From positions 31,310 through 95,309 of the forward strand of contig JAKSMD010000001.1 in NCBI GenBank assembly GCA_024400815.1: DNA of 64,000 nucleotides, read 5' to 3'. This document shows positions 44,016 through 53,084 of this stretch, piece after piece. The DNA comes from Bacteroidales bacterium (lineage in GTDB: Bacteria; Bacteroidota; Bacteroidia; Bacteroidales; WCHB1-69). Positions within the stretch are counted from its first letter, which is position 1, and each line of letters opens with the position of its first letter. A program made the translations under genes and the position numbers. Under the pieces are notes generated by a model. It was not told where the DNA came from. It worked only from the letters and a program-made list of their open reading frames with translations, and did not search any database.

Positions 44016-44069
44016 CATAAAAAACTATTTTTTCAAGTCTGTTGATCCTAAAAAAGGAAAAGAGCCCTA

Positions 44070-44678
44070 TCACTTTCCAAAATACGTCAGCAGCAGTACA
44101 TCCTGCTCATCACGGATGAGTTCGTCAATGCGGGCCATATCTTTGCGAGAGACCATCACGCACCCTTGGCTATGCACAATGCGAAACGGGAAAATCTGGA
44201 ACGAGGGCACCGTCTTATATGCGTGTAGCACGATGCAGCGTTTGCGCACATTGCTGTTGGTACTGTCTAAGCCATCCAAACGGTAGGCAAGTCCGTAGCT
44301 CCCGTAATAGCGTTCGGCAATACGGCAGCGTCCTAATGAGCTGAGATACGAACCGTTTTCGTTGCTAAACCGAACAGGGGCGAATTTGTCTTGAGCGCGT
44401 CCGCGACCATGAGCCACCAAACAGCTATACAGCAGCTTGTCATTTTGAAGATCCCACACGAACAAACGATTTGCTCCCGACGGAATGCTGTAATCCACCA
44501 TAATGGCCATGCGCTGGTTGTACTGGTTTGCAGTCGCATATTGCCTGAGTTCTTGGGCTCGCGTACGCAGCGCCTCCAAATCAGGACGAGGCCGAAACAA
44601 AAAGCACACCAATATAATAAGCGTGGCTATAATCATAATCATAATGATAAGCATAACAAACTTAAAACTGACGCGCAT
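44070..44678 (-). CDS. L,D-transpeptidase catalytic-domain family protein (YkuD_2-like)
   Basis: N-terminal TM anchor; IVLHAYKTV...RIVHSQGCVMV His/Cys active-site block. Confidence 0.8.
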   Translation of the reverse strand: MRVSFKFVMLIIMIMIIATLIILVCFLFRPRPDLEALRTRAQELRQYATANQYNQRMAIMVDYSIPSGANRLFVWDLQNDKLLYSCLVAHGRGRAQDKFAPVRFSNENGSYLSSLGRCRIAERYYGSYGLAYRLDGLDSTNSNVRKRCIVLHAYKTVPSFQIFPFRIVHSQGCVMVSRKDMARIDELIRDEQDVLLLTYFGK

Positions 44679-44726
44679 CGGAATTATTGCTTAAGAATTG
44701 TTAAAAGTAAAAATACCATAATTGTA

Positions 44727-45386
44727 CTAAATATCCAATACGTTCCACTTCAAACCTATTTTAAGTCCTAAAATGGGGCGTATAGTATAGGCGACCACCA
44801 TATACGGAGACCAGGTGGAAGCGAAAGGAATCTCTGAAAATAAAGCCACGCGCAAAGAAAGTTTGCAATGGAATTGCCAATTCATTCCTGTTTCGACTTG
44901 AAAGGCACCCCAATCTCGGTTTTTCAATTCTTCATCCACCTGTTGCTGAAAGGTCGTGTTCTCAGGTTTTGAGCAGATCTGGAGTTGGGCTGATGCAACC
45001 TTTAGATTCAATATCCCAGCATGGCCATAGATGGAGAGTCTGGACCCAATATCATACTGGTAGCCCAAATTGATGGGAATGCTCCAAAATAACGCATTCA
45101 TCTCATAGTACGGGTTTCGGTAATGATGGTTGCCTACCCGAATACCTGACGTAAGGGAAATATGCCCGTGTTCCGTGCGGAGGTCGCATCCCAATAAAAG
45201 CGCACTACCACCATTAAAGCAGAGAGATACGTCATTGTGATAGCGAGAAGGATAAAATGGCAAATAGCTTCCCGCAGAGATTTCCAAAGTCGGTGTTGCA
45301 AAATGTGTGGTGATGGAAGACTCAGACTGGCCGAAGCCAAGCATACATCCCAAAACCAAAAATAATGCTATTGTATAGTGTTTCAT
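44727..45386 (-). CDS. putative outer-membrane beta-barrel protein
   Basis: Signal peptide MKHYTIALFLVLGCMLGFGQ and alternating beta-strand-like pattern, 219 aa. Confidence 0.5.
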   Translation of the reverse strand: MKHYTIALFLVLGCMLGFGQSESSITTHFATPTLEISAGSYLPFYPSRYHNDVSLCFNGGSALLLGCDLRTEHGHISLTSGIRVGNHHYRNPYYEMNALFWSIPINLGYQYDIGSRLSIYGHAGILNLKVASAQLQICSKPENTTFQQQVDEELKNRDWGAFQVETGMNWQFHCKLSLRVALFSEIPFASTWSPYMVVAYTIRPILGLKIGLKWNVLDI

Positions 45387-45440
45387 TTTTATGGGTTAAG
45401 TTAACGAGAAATCAATAATTTGTATGTTTCAGAATCGTTT

Positions 45441-45543
45441 GTTTTGGCCCCGAAAAAACCGAGGTGCTTTTTGTTATTAATTGAGTCGCAAAATACAATA
45501 ATTTCAACAAGTTGCATATTCTTCAATATTTTTTTATTTTTGT
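45441..45543 (-). repeat. ~100-nt duplicated upstream (promoter/leader) module, copy A
   Basis: About 95% identical by eye to 47229..47333. Lies 5' of the minus-strand gene 44727..45386. Confidence 0.85.
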
Positions 45544-45697
45544 TGCCGAACACATCGTCCGCGGGTCTCGTTTTGTCCGGCAGATGTCATTATTTTAATG
45601 TGTGACGGCCTCAGAAAGAGAAACTTGCTGTGCTTCAGTTACTAAAAACGTCATAAACATTACTATTCCCAAAATTAGCATTTTAGTATTCATACAC

Positions 45698-46186
45698 TCA
45701 ATTTTTAATTTCCAATGCGTAGAAATAGGTTTTTGGGGTCGAGCATTCTCCATAAGGAGGAGAGTCGAGCCAAACATAATCAGAATAACCGAATGAGAGG
45801 GTCCCCTTTATGTAACACTTTTCATTGGTATCCACACTATCTAATGCAGCTTCGTTAAATCTAACATAAACAGGAATCGAGTTGGGATTGGACTCCAAAC
45901 TGTCTGTTATCATACAGATGTAATCCCGAGTCTCACCTATCGGATGGTGGGAATCTTTCAAATATCCACAAAGCATAACGACAGTTCCTGCCTCATTATA
46001 AAACGGATACTCTTCTATCCCATAAGGTACGAAATAGGCAAAATGCCAATATACATCCCAAACCGAATTGTATTCATTTTGGGACAAGATTGGACAGTAA
46101 TTTCGAATACCGCATTCTTTTTTTTTGTTGCAAGCCGCACAGATTGTTAATGCAATACAACACAAAGCGATCATTCTCTTCATCAC
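45698..46186 (-). CDS. hypothetical lipoprotein
   Basis: Lipobox ICAAC; 162 aa; 4-nt overlap with the upstream tail-fibre-like gene. Confidence 0.6.
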   Translation of the reverse strand: MMKRMIALCCIALTICAACNKKKECGIRNYCPILSQNEYNSVWDVYWHFAYFVPYGIEEYPFYNEAGTVVMLCGYLKDSHHPIGETRDYICMITDSLESNPNSIPVYVRFNEAALDSVDTNEKCYIKGTLSFGYSDYVWLDSPPYGECSTPKTYFYALEIKN

Positions 46187-47223
46187 TTCCCTCCTTTCGT
46201 TTTAAGTTCATCAATTTGTCTTTGCAGATCAATGATGTACAGTGTCATCTCTTCAATCTTTTGCAGCAGTAGGGCATTCATTTCGCCAAGGTCCAAGCCT
46301 GACTGCTGAACTTCTTGTGCGGAAGGAACGTTAGGGAGATGTTTGTTTGTATTAAGGAAGGTGTTTAACTCGTCCAAATTCATCAGATCATACCCTTTGT
46401 CAAACACATAATCCGGCCAGCAGGGGCTCCCTTCAAGTGAGACACGAACCTCCTTTGCACAAATGTTTCCATCTACACTTAGCTTAGCCTGAGGGCTATT
46501 TGTCCCGACACCCACATTGCCATCGTTAGATAAGAATAATGCATAATTGAACCCTTCCCCAGTACAATTCCATGTCTTCCAAAAATTCAGTCCATAACCA
46601 TCACTTTCACCATTCACATATTCTATGCCCCACACGCCATAAGGGCAGTTGTCGCTTGCTTCGTCTCCAAAAAGCATTGAGCCATTGGTGGAGCCGGAAG
46701 CCATTGTTGAGGTTCGAGTAATTAAAATGTTATTGTCCACGACATGAATTTTCTGTTTCGGATATTGAGTGTTGAAACCCACATAGCCATTCGTGTCTAT
46801 AACTAATCCATTCCCGTTATTCAGTATGCTCAAATTCGCTTTCTCTAATTGCATCAAAGATACATTCTTTTGTAATTGCATGATTTGAAAGCCGTCTGTT
46901 GAGAGCGCACCAGTGACGGTATTGGTCATCCTAAAAAAATTAGGGAGTGGACGTGATCCAGATTGTTCTTCTGTTGAGTGCACATGCAGATTGCTCACAG
47001 GTGCATCTGTCCCTATCCCAAGATAGGCCTTTGAAGAAAGAAGTCCCATTCGGACAGTATTGTTTGTCCTAAATAATAGCGGAACATTGTTGATTGTACC
47101 AATAAAATTGCTGTTGGTAGCATTGGAGTTGCCATTCAGCAGCCATGACGATGTTTGAGCCATTACGCAAAAGACAGACAACATCATCATACTGAAAATA
47201 ATAATAGTCTTTTTCATAATCAT
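46183..47223 (-). CDS. secreted tail-fibre-domain-like protein
   Basis: Signal peptide. The C-terminus reads CWPDYVFDKGYDLMNLDELNTFLNTNKHLPNVPSAQEV...LLLQKIEEMTLYIIDLQRQIDEL, which I recall as the conserved C-terminal module of Bacteroidota tail fiber domain-containing proteins. Confidence 0.65.
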   Translation of the reverse strand: MIMKKTIIIFSMMMLSVFCVMAQTSSWLLNGNSNATNSNFIGTINNVPLLFRTNNTVRMGLLSSKAYLGIGTDAPVSNLHVHSTEEQSGSRPLPNFFRMTNTVTGALSTDGFQIMQLQKNVSLMQLEKANLSILNNGNGLVIDTNGYVGFNTQYPKQKIHVVDNNILITRTSTMASGSTNGSMLFGDEASDNCPYGVWGIEYVNGESDGYGLNFWKTWNCTGEGFNYALFLSNDGNVGVGTNSPQAKLSVDGNICAKEVRVSLEGSPCWPDYVFDKGYDLMNLDELNTFLNTNKHLPNVPSAQEVQQSGLDLGEMNALLLQKIEEMTLYIIDLQRQIDELKTKGGK

Positions 47224-47228
47224 TTCAT

Positions 47229-47333
47229 GTTTTGGCCCCGAAAAAACCGAGGTGCTTTTTGTTATTAATTGAGTCGAAAAAATACAATAATTTCAACAAG
47301 TTGCATGTACTTCAATATTTTTATTTTTTGTAT
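47229..47333 (-). repeat. ~100-nt duplicated upstream (promoter/leader) module, copy B
   Basis: Starts 5 nt upstream of the ATG at 47223. Near-identical to 45441..45543. Confidence 0.85.
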
Positions 47334-47355
47334 TGGACAGCAAAAATAAAAATTA

Positions 47356-47363
47356 TATTTTTG
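47356..47363 (+). promoter_or_regulatory. -7 box TAnnTTTG (tatttttg) for the YD-like lipoprotein gene
   Basis: Perfect motif 96 nt upstream of the ATG at 47459. Confidence 0.45.
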
Positions 47364-47458
47364 CGAGTCTGTTTATGTCCAAATTTATGTAGCTAACTTA
47401 CACAGGTTGAAAGAATGAAGTAGATTCATCAACCACAACATTCACAAAACATAGCATT

Positions 47459-48331
47459 ATGAACAAATTCATCTCAAATTTTATAGTAGTCGCCATCCTA
47501 TTGTCGCTGGCTGCATGCACAGACCCCCTGGTTGACCCTGATCCCTCAACGGCCTTCCACCAGGAATGGCCCATGCCAATGAACCGCACGGGATATCTGG
47601 TAACGGGAATCTCTTACTACGCAAATGAGAACAACCATACCGAAGCCGTATTCAATTATGACGAAAGCAATCGATTGGTTAGTCGTGTCATTCATAATAC
47701 CTTTGAAGACTACTATGGGGTGGAACATAGCATAATGATTGACTCTTTTTACTATCAAGGTGAACGACTTTACAAAATAACCACTGAAACCGATCCAAGC
47801 ACTACAGCATGCCAGTATGACAAGTTGTTTTACTATGATAACGAAGGTCGTCTCATCAAAACCTCTTATAACAATAACGAGATCTGCTATGCCTACCACA
47901 ACGGAGTGATGGACAGCATCTATGTTCCAAATGCGCCCATGCGCTATACGATTTTATATTACGATGAACGAGGCAACATAATCAGAACTCGGTCTCCTGA
48001 ACCGATATCAGATGGCTGGGGCGAACCCACAGGAGAATATGAAATGAGAACAACCGAATATGGATACGATCATAATCCCCGGCCCAACTTCAATTTGGAC
48101 AATGCCTTTGTATTCGAGCCCATCTTTGGAATGGGAACCACCTATCCCATATGTGTCAGAAACCTTTCCAAAAACAATATGATATACCACACTGACTCCG
48201 GAACAGCGAGCGAAATTTGGGAATACGAATACAACCCATTAGGATTACCCGAGACAATGCGCTATCAATTTGGACATTTATCTTCGGGCAACGAGCCGGC
48301 TTACCACTTCACCTATCGCCGCGCAGAATAA
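47459..48331 (+). CDS. lipoprotein with YD-repeat-like motifs
   Basis: Lipobox LAAC. Repeated FNYDESNRLVSR, FYYDNEGRLIKT, LYYDERGNIIRT, YEYNPLGLPETM. Confidence 0.65.
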   Translation: MNKFISNFIVVAILLSLAACTDPLVDPDPSTAFHQEWPMPMNRTGYLVTGISYYANENNHTEAVFNYDESNRLVSRVIHNTFEDYYGVEHSIMIDSFYYQGERLYKITTETDPSTTACQYDKLFYYDNEGRLIKTSYNNNEICYAYHNGVMDSIYVPNAPMRYTILYYDERGNIIRTRSPEPISDGWGEPTGEYEMRTTEYGYDHNPRPNFNLDNAFVFEPIFGMGTTYPICVRNLSKNNMIYHTDSGTASEIWEYEYNPLGLPETMRYQFGHLSSGNEPAYHFTYRRAE

Positions 48332-48377
48332 AGGAATACAACACGTTTTCATATACAAAACGATAGCAAGAATTTTG

Positions 48378-48385
48378 TATCTTTG
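48378..48385 (+). promoter_or_regulatory. -7 box TAnnTTTG (tatctttg) for azlCD
   Basis: Perfect motif 31 nt upstream of the ATG at 48416; followed by CACCCTCA. Confidence 0.6.
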
Positions 48386-48415
48386 CACCCTCAAACGCAG
48401 AAAATTCAACTATTT

Positions 48416-49165
48416 ATGAATGAGTTTATTAGGGGTATAAAGAAGGGCTTCCCAATCTGCTTGGGATACATTCCTGTTTCCTTTACCTTCGGTTTGATCG
48501 CCGTGAAAATGGGGTTCAATCCGTTGCAGGCCACCCTTATCTCCCTGACCAACATGGCTTCCGCCGGCCAGTTTGCCGGCATTCGACTCATCGAAGGCGG
48601 CGCTCCCTACATCGAGCTCATCATCACCACTTTCGTCATCAACATCCGCTACATGCTGATGTCATTGTCTTTATCGCAGAAAGTCGCCTCTGACATTCCG
48701 TTCTACAAGCGCGCCATCATGGCCTTCTGCATAACGGATGAGGTCTTTGCCTTGGCCGCCTTGGAAAAGGGAGATGTGAAGTTCTCATTTTTCGGAGGTC
48801 TGATGGCCACGCCCATCATCGGTTGGACGTTAGGCACATTTTTAGGTGCGGTGGCCTCCAGCATGCTGTCGCCGGTACTCCAAGGTTGTTTTGGGGTGGC
48901 TTTGTACTGCATGTTCATCGCCATCATCATTCCGCCTGCCCGCACAGGGCGCAAAGTGGCTATTGCCATCATTGTCTCTGCTTTGTTTTCCTGCATTTTC
49001 AAATATGTGCCAGGCATCAACGTCATCTCTAAGAGTGGCGGCGGCGGTTGGGCCATCATCATCTCAGCTGTCATCGGAGCCGCCATCTGCGCATCCATCA
49101 AGGAAATCAAGAGAACGATCAAGAAGAGAAGGTTGGTTTTATTGAAAGGAGGTTCCCATGTGTAA
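48416..49165 (+). CDS. azlC: AzlC-family branched-chain amino acid exporter subunit
   Basis: GFPICLGYIPVSFTFGLIAV and a polytopic membrane profile. The start is chosen downstream of the promoter box. Confidence 0.85.
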   Translation: MNEFIRGIKKGFPICLGYIPVSFTFGLIAVKMGFNPLQATLISLTNMASAGQFAGIRLIEGGAPYIELIITTFVINIRYMLMSLSLSQKVASDIPFYKRAIMAFCITDEVFALAALEKGDVKFSFFGGLMATPIIGWTLGTFLGAVASSMLSPVLQGCFGVALYCMFIAIIIPPARTGRKVAIAIIVSALFSCIFKYVPGINVISKSGGGGWAIIISAVIGAAICASIKEIKRTIKKRRLVLLKGGSHV

Positions 49166-49502
49166 TATGCAGCATATTGCGATTGCCATGCTCATCATGG
49201 CGCTGACCACCTACCTCATCCGCGTGATTCCTATTGGCTTCGTACGTAAGAAGATGGAAAACGAATGGGTACAGGACTTCCTCTACTACATTCCGTTCTG
49301 CGTGCTTTCCGCCATGACCTTCCCCGATGTGCTCTACTCCACAACGCCCGCTGGTGCGACCTCCCCGCACTTTGCATCCGCTGCTATAGCCACCATGGTG
49401 GCTATCGTTTTGGCATGGAAAGACAAAGGCCTTGTGCGCGTGGCCCTTGTGTCTGTCGTCGCAGCTATTATCATTGAAATTATCTTACCTGTTATTTTTT
49501 AA
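49158..49502 (+). CDS. azlD: AzlD-family small membrane protein
   Basis: 114 aa, overlaps azlC by 8 nt, LTTYLIRVIPI pattern. Confidence 0.8.
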   Translation: MCNMQHIAIAMLIMALTTYLIRVIPIGFVRKKMENEWVQDFLYYIPFCVLSAMTFPDVLYSTTPAGATSPHFASAAIATMVAIVLAWKDKGLVRVALVSVVAAIIIEIILPVIF

Positions 49503-49600
49503 CCCCTATATGAATACCGTGACGCAACCCTAACCCTTCATTTTCACGAACGGCACGCACTGTTCACGACTCATATGACAAATTTTCTAAAACTCACAAC

Positions 49601-50545
49601 ATGTCTAGTAAAACACAACTTAAAGATCAAATCATCGCATACGCATTGCTGGTAGTAGGTAGTCTGTTGTTCGCTGTTGGCGATGTTATGTTTGTAAACC
49701 CTTATTTGATGGCACCTGGCGGCACCTACGGTCTTTCCAACGTGCTCAATACCGTATGGCCATGGAAGATCAGTTATTACGCCATCTGCATGGATATCCC
49801 ATTACTGCTCATCGGTACTTGGATTTTAGGACCTCGCTTCGGCGTCAAGACCGTCATTTCCACCATCCTCATCTTCGCTTTCACCTGGGTACTTGAAACC
49901 CTTTGGGGCTACAATCCCGTCATCCACGAAGGCATTGTCAGCGCTGCAGATGCCGCCAACAACTTCGTGCAAATTCCGCACAGCGACCTATATTTCATCC
50001 CTGACTACTTCCTGAACACCCTTGTAGGCGGCGCCATCTACGGCGTAGCCATAGGCCTTATCTTCAAATCTGGCGCCACCTCCGGCGGCAGCGATATCAT
50101 CTCTATGATTTTGCACAAATACACGAAGATTTCCCTCGGCACACTCGTGCTTATCGTCGATTCCTGCATCACCCTGACCACCCTCATCGCCTTCAAGCAA
50201 ATCAGACTGCCCATCTACTCTATCCTTCTCATTGCCATTGAAAGTAAAGTTATCGACCTCATCGTAGATGGTATCAAATCTTACAAAACAGCCTTTATTG
50301 TTACGGATAAAATCGAAGAAGTACGCGATTTCATCATCAACGAAATGAAGCGCGGCGGCACCACTTTTGCCGGCACCGGACTCTATCAAGGGGCTGAGCG
50401 CAAGATGATTTATGTCACCCTCGACCGTACCGATCTCGTCAAACTCAAAGCCAATCTCCGTCGCTTAGACCCACAGGCCTTCGTCAACGTAATCGAAAGC
50501 TCAGAAATTATGGGACTGGGGTTCAAATCACTTCCTGAAGAATAG
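49601..50545 (+). CDS. YitT-family membrane protein (with a DUF2179-like C-terminal domain)
   Basis: GGTYGLSNVL and SGATSGGSDII motifs; C-terminal soluble domain. Confidence 0.8.
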   Translation: MSSKTQLKDQIIAYALLVVGSLLFAVGDVMFVNPYLMAPGGTYGLSNVLNTVWPWKISYYAICMDIPLLLIGTWILGPRFGVKTVISTILIFAFTWVLETLWGYNPVIHEGIVSAADAANNFVQIPHSDLYFIPDYFLNTLVGGAIYGVAIGLIFKSGATSGGSDIISMILHKYTKISLGTLVLIVDSCITLTTLIAFKQIRLPIYSILLIAIESKVIDLIVDGIKSYKTAFIVTDKIEEVRDFIINEMKRGGTTFAGTGLYQGAERKMIYVTLDRTDLVKLKANLRRLDPQAFVNVIESSEIMGLGFKSLPEE

Positions 50546-50570
50546 TCGTCAGACTTGCTTCTTTTTTCAT

Positions 50571-50578
50571 TAAGTTTG
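50571..50578 (+). promoter_or_regulatory. -7 box TAnnTTTG (taagtttg) for gmk
   Basis: Perfect motif 22 nt upstream of the ATG at 50600; followed by CAACCTCA. Confidence 0.6.
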
Positions 50579-50599
50579 CAACCTCAAAAATAAACATCT

Positions 50600-51166
50600 A
50601 TGCAAGGCAAGGTCATTGTGGTTTCCGCCCCATCAGGCGCAGGTAAAACATCTATCGTTAGGCATCTTTTACAAGCCATTCCCGAACTGAAGTTCTCCAT
50701 TTCCGCAACTACGCGCAGCAAACGTGATTACGAAATTGACGGCAAGGACTACTATTTCATCGCTCCATATGAGTTCAAAGCCAAACTCGCCAACCACGAG
50801 TTTTTGGAATGGCAAGAGGTCTATACCGACCAATTCTATGGTTCCCTCAAAAGCGAAGTGGAACGCATCTGGCGCAACGGCGACACCGTCATCTTCGATG
50901 TGGATGTCCTGGGCGGTCTCAACATCAAGAAATTCTACGGCGAACAGGCCCTGGCCGTTTTCATCGAACCGCCAACTATTGAAGAATTGGAAAAACGATT
51001 GAAGAACCGCGGCACGGAAACCCCAGAAACCTTGAAGAAACGACTGGACAAAGCCGAATACGAGATTTCGTTTTCCAATCAGTTCGATAAAATCATCCTC
51101 AACGATGTGCTGGCCACAGCACAAACCGAGATGATCAACTTAGTTAAAAACTTTCTTGCCCGATAA
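50600..51166 (+). CDS. gmk: guanylate kinase
   Basis: VVSAPSGAGKTSIV P-loop, SATTRSKRDYEIDGKDYYF. Confidence 0.95.
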   Translation: MQGKVIVVSAPSGAGKTSIVRHLLQAIPELKFSISATTRSKRDYEIDGKDYYFIAPYEFKAKLANHEFLEWQEVYTDQFYGSLKSEVERIWRNGDTVIFDVDVLGGLNIKKFYGEQALAVFIEPPTIEELEKRLKNRGTETPETLKKRLDKAEYEISFSNQFDKIILNDVLATAQTEMINLVKNFLAR

Positions 51167-51969
51167 TGGAAAACACCCTCAACTACCAGCAGGTTTGCGA
51201 AGAGGTATGCCGTCTGGCGCAGCAAGTCGGCATTTGGCTCTGCAGCGAACGACAACACCTCTCCTCCGTCAATATGGAGGTCAAAGGCGTTCACGATTAT
51301 GTAACGCAGTTCGACAAGCAATCGGAAAAGACGATTGTCGGCCGTCTCAAGGAACTCGTTCCCGGCTGCGGCTTCATTGCCGAAGAAAAAACCGAAACCG
51401 TCCTGGCCGACCGCTTCAATTGGATTGTGGACCCTTTGGACGGAACAACCAATTTCATCCATGGCCTTCCCCCTACCGCTATCAGCATTGCGCTGCGCGA
51501 AAAGGAGGAAATCGTCATCGGCGTGGTGTACGAAATCTGGCGCAAGGAATGTTTCTACGCCTACAAGGGCGGTAAAGCATACATGAACGGCTACCCCATC
51601 CATGTCAGCGATTGTCCAAACTTGGATTCTTCCTTGTTAGCCACGGGATTTCCCTATTCCGATTTCTCCATTTTGAAACCCTTTATGCAATATCTGGAAT
51701 GGTCCATGCAGCACACACACGGTTTGCGCCGTTTGGGATCTGCCGCCACGGACTTAATCTACACGGCCTGCGGCCGCTGCGACGGCTACTTCGAATACGG
51801 CATGAAACCCTATGATGTGGCTGCCGGCGCCTTCATCGCCCAACAAGCAGGAGCCCAAGTCACCGACTTCTCTGGCGGTGACAACTGGCTTTTTGGCGGC
51901 GAGATTGTGGTCTCCGGACCCGCCCTCTTCCCTGAATTCCTTCAATCTTTGCAACAGTTTCTTAAATAA
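51166..51969 (+). CDS. inositol monophosphatase family protein
   Basis: WIVDPLDGTTNFIHG and ATGFPY motifs. The start overlaps the gmk stop. Confidence 0.85.
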   Translation: MENTLNYQQVCEEVCRLAQQVGIWLCSERQHLSSVNMEVKGVHDYVTQFDKQSEKTIVGRLKELVPGCGFIAEEKTETVLADRFNWIVDPLDGTTNFIHGLPPTAISIALREKEEIVIGVVYEIWRKECFYAYKGGKAYMNGYPIHVSDCPNLDSSLLATGFPYSDFSILKPFMQYLEWSMQHTHGLRRLGSAATDLIYTACGRCDGYFEYGMKPYDVAAGAFIAQQAGAQVTDFSGGDNWLFGGEIVVSGPALFPEFLQSLQQFLK

Positions 51970-51974
51970 CACCT

Positions 51975-53084
51975 ATGAGACACATTGCCATTATCGGGGC
52001 GGGCGCTTCAGGACTGTTTCTATCCAAGAAACTATCCGAACATGCCGACGTGCAAGTTTATGTTTTTGAAAAATGCAAGCATGTCGGCACCAAACTGCGC
52101 GCCTCCGGAGGTGGCAAAGCCAATATCTTCAACGAGCATCTTCGTCCCGACTGCTACAATCAGAGTCAGTGGATAGCACCTCTGCTGGAACAAGTAAGTG
52201 CCAGCCGGCTGCGCTCTGAATTTGATCGGATGGGACTCGCCCTCGTCACCGACGAGGAAGGACGAGTTTATCCCAGCACGCAATTTTCCCAAACGGTCGT
52301 CGATATTCTATCCACTGCCTATTGTCCTCAAGTGCATTTTGAAATGGAATACGAAGTGCGACAGTTGGTCCAGAAAAACGGGAAATGGCAAATCAACGAC
52401 TATCCTATACGTTTCGACCATGTCGTCATCGCAACCGGCACGCCCGCCAATATGATTGCCAAAAATCGGAAGGGGTACAATGGCTTTTTAACAGACTTTA
52501 ACTTAAAAACAAATCCCTTCCAACCCTCATTGGTAGGTTTCAAAATTGCATCCTATCCCAAGCAACTATCGGGGTGCCGAACCAAAGTCATTGCCAGCTT
52601 ATACCAAGGAAACCGGCTTATTCACGAAGAAGCTGGCGAGGTCACCTTCAAAGACGATGGTATCTCGGGCATCGTCATCTTGAATCTTTCGGCATACTAT
52701 CATCGTTTGGCATCCAAAGAGAACTGCTATCTGCAGTTAAACCTCATCTACCATCAGCCCGACTACAACATTGAGCAGCATCTCCAGCAATTTCACACGC
52801 TCAAAGGGTTATTGCATCCCAAGTTGAACGATTTGTACAACCAGCAACCCTTTGATGTTAAAAGATACAAATTAGCGATTTTGGACACTTACGAGATAGA
52901 ATACGCCCAAGTGTGTCACGGTGGTATTGATCTCTGCGAAATCGACACACAATTCGCATTAAAACGCTTTCCTGGATTGTTTGTGACGGGCGAATTGCTG
53001 GATGTGGACGGTCTCTGTGGCGGATACAATCTCTATTTTGCCTTCGCCTCTGCCCTGGTCGTAGCCGAGCACCTACAGCATTAG
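51975..53084 (+). CDS. HI0933/BaiN-like FAD-dependent oxidoreductase
   Basis: IAIIGAGASGLF dinucleotide motif; C-terminal GELLDVDGLCGGYNL. Confidence 0.75.
   Translation: MRHIAIIGAGASGLFLSKKLSEHADVQVYVFEKCKHVGTKLRASGGGKANIFNEHLRPDCYNQSQWIAPLLEQVSASRLRSEFDRMGLALVTDEEGRVYPSTQFSQTVVDILSTAYCPQVHFEMEYEVRQLVQKNGKWQINDYPIRFDHVVIATGTPANMIAKNRKGYNGFLTDFNLKTNPFQPSLVGFKIASYPKQLSGCRTKVIASLYQGNRLIHEEAGEVTFKDDGISGIVILNLSAYYHRLASKENCYLQLNLIYHQPDYNIEQHLQQFHTLKGLLHPKLNDLYNQQPFDVKRYKLAILDTYEIEYAQVCHGGIDLCEIDTQFALKRFPGLFVTGELLDVDGLCGGYNLYFAFASALVVAEHLQH

Noticed and set aside
45595-45693. 32-aa ORF MNTKMLILGIVMFMTFLVTEAQQVSLSEAVTH
   Set aside because: It is a signal peptide with almost no mature part. It is more likely the stump of a truncated secreted-protein gene than a functional peptide, so it is not listed as a CDS.
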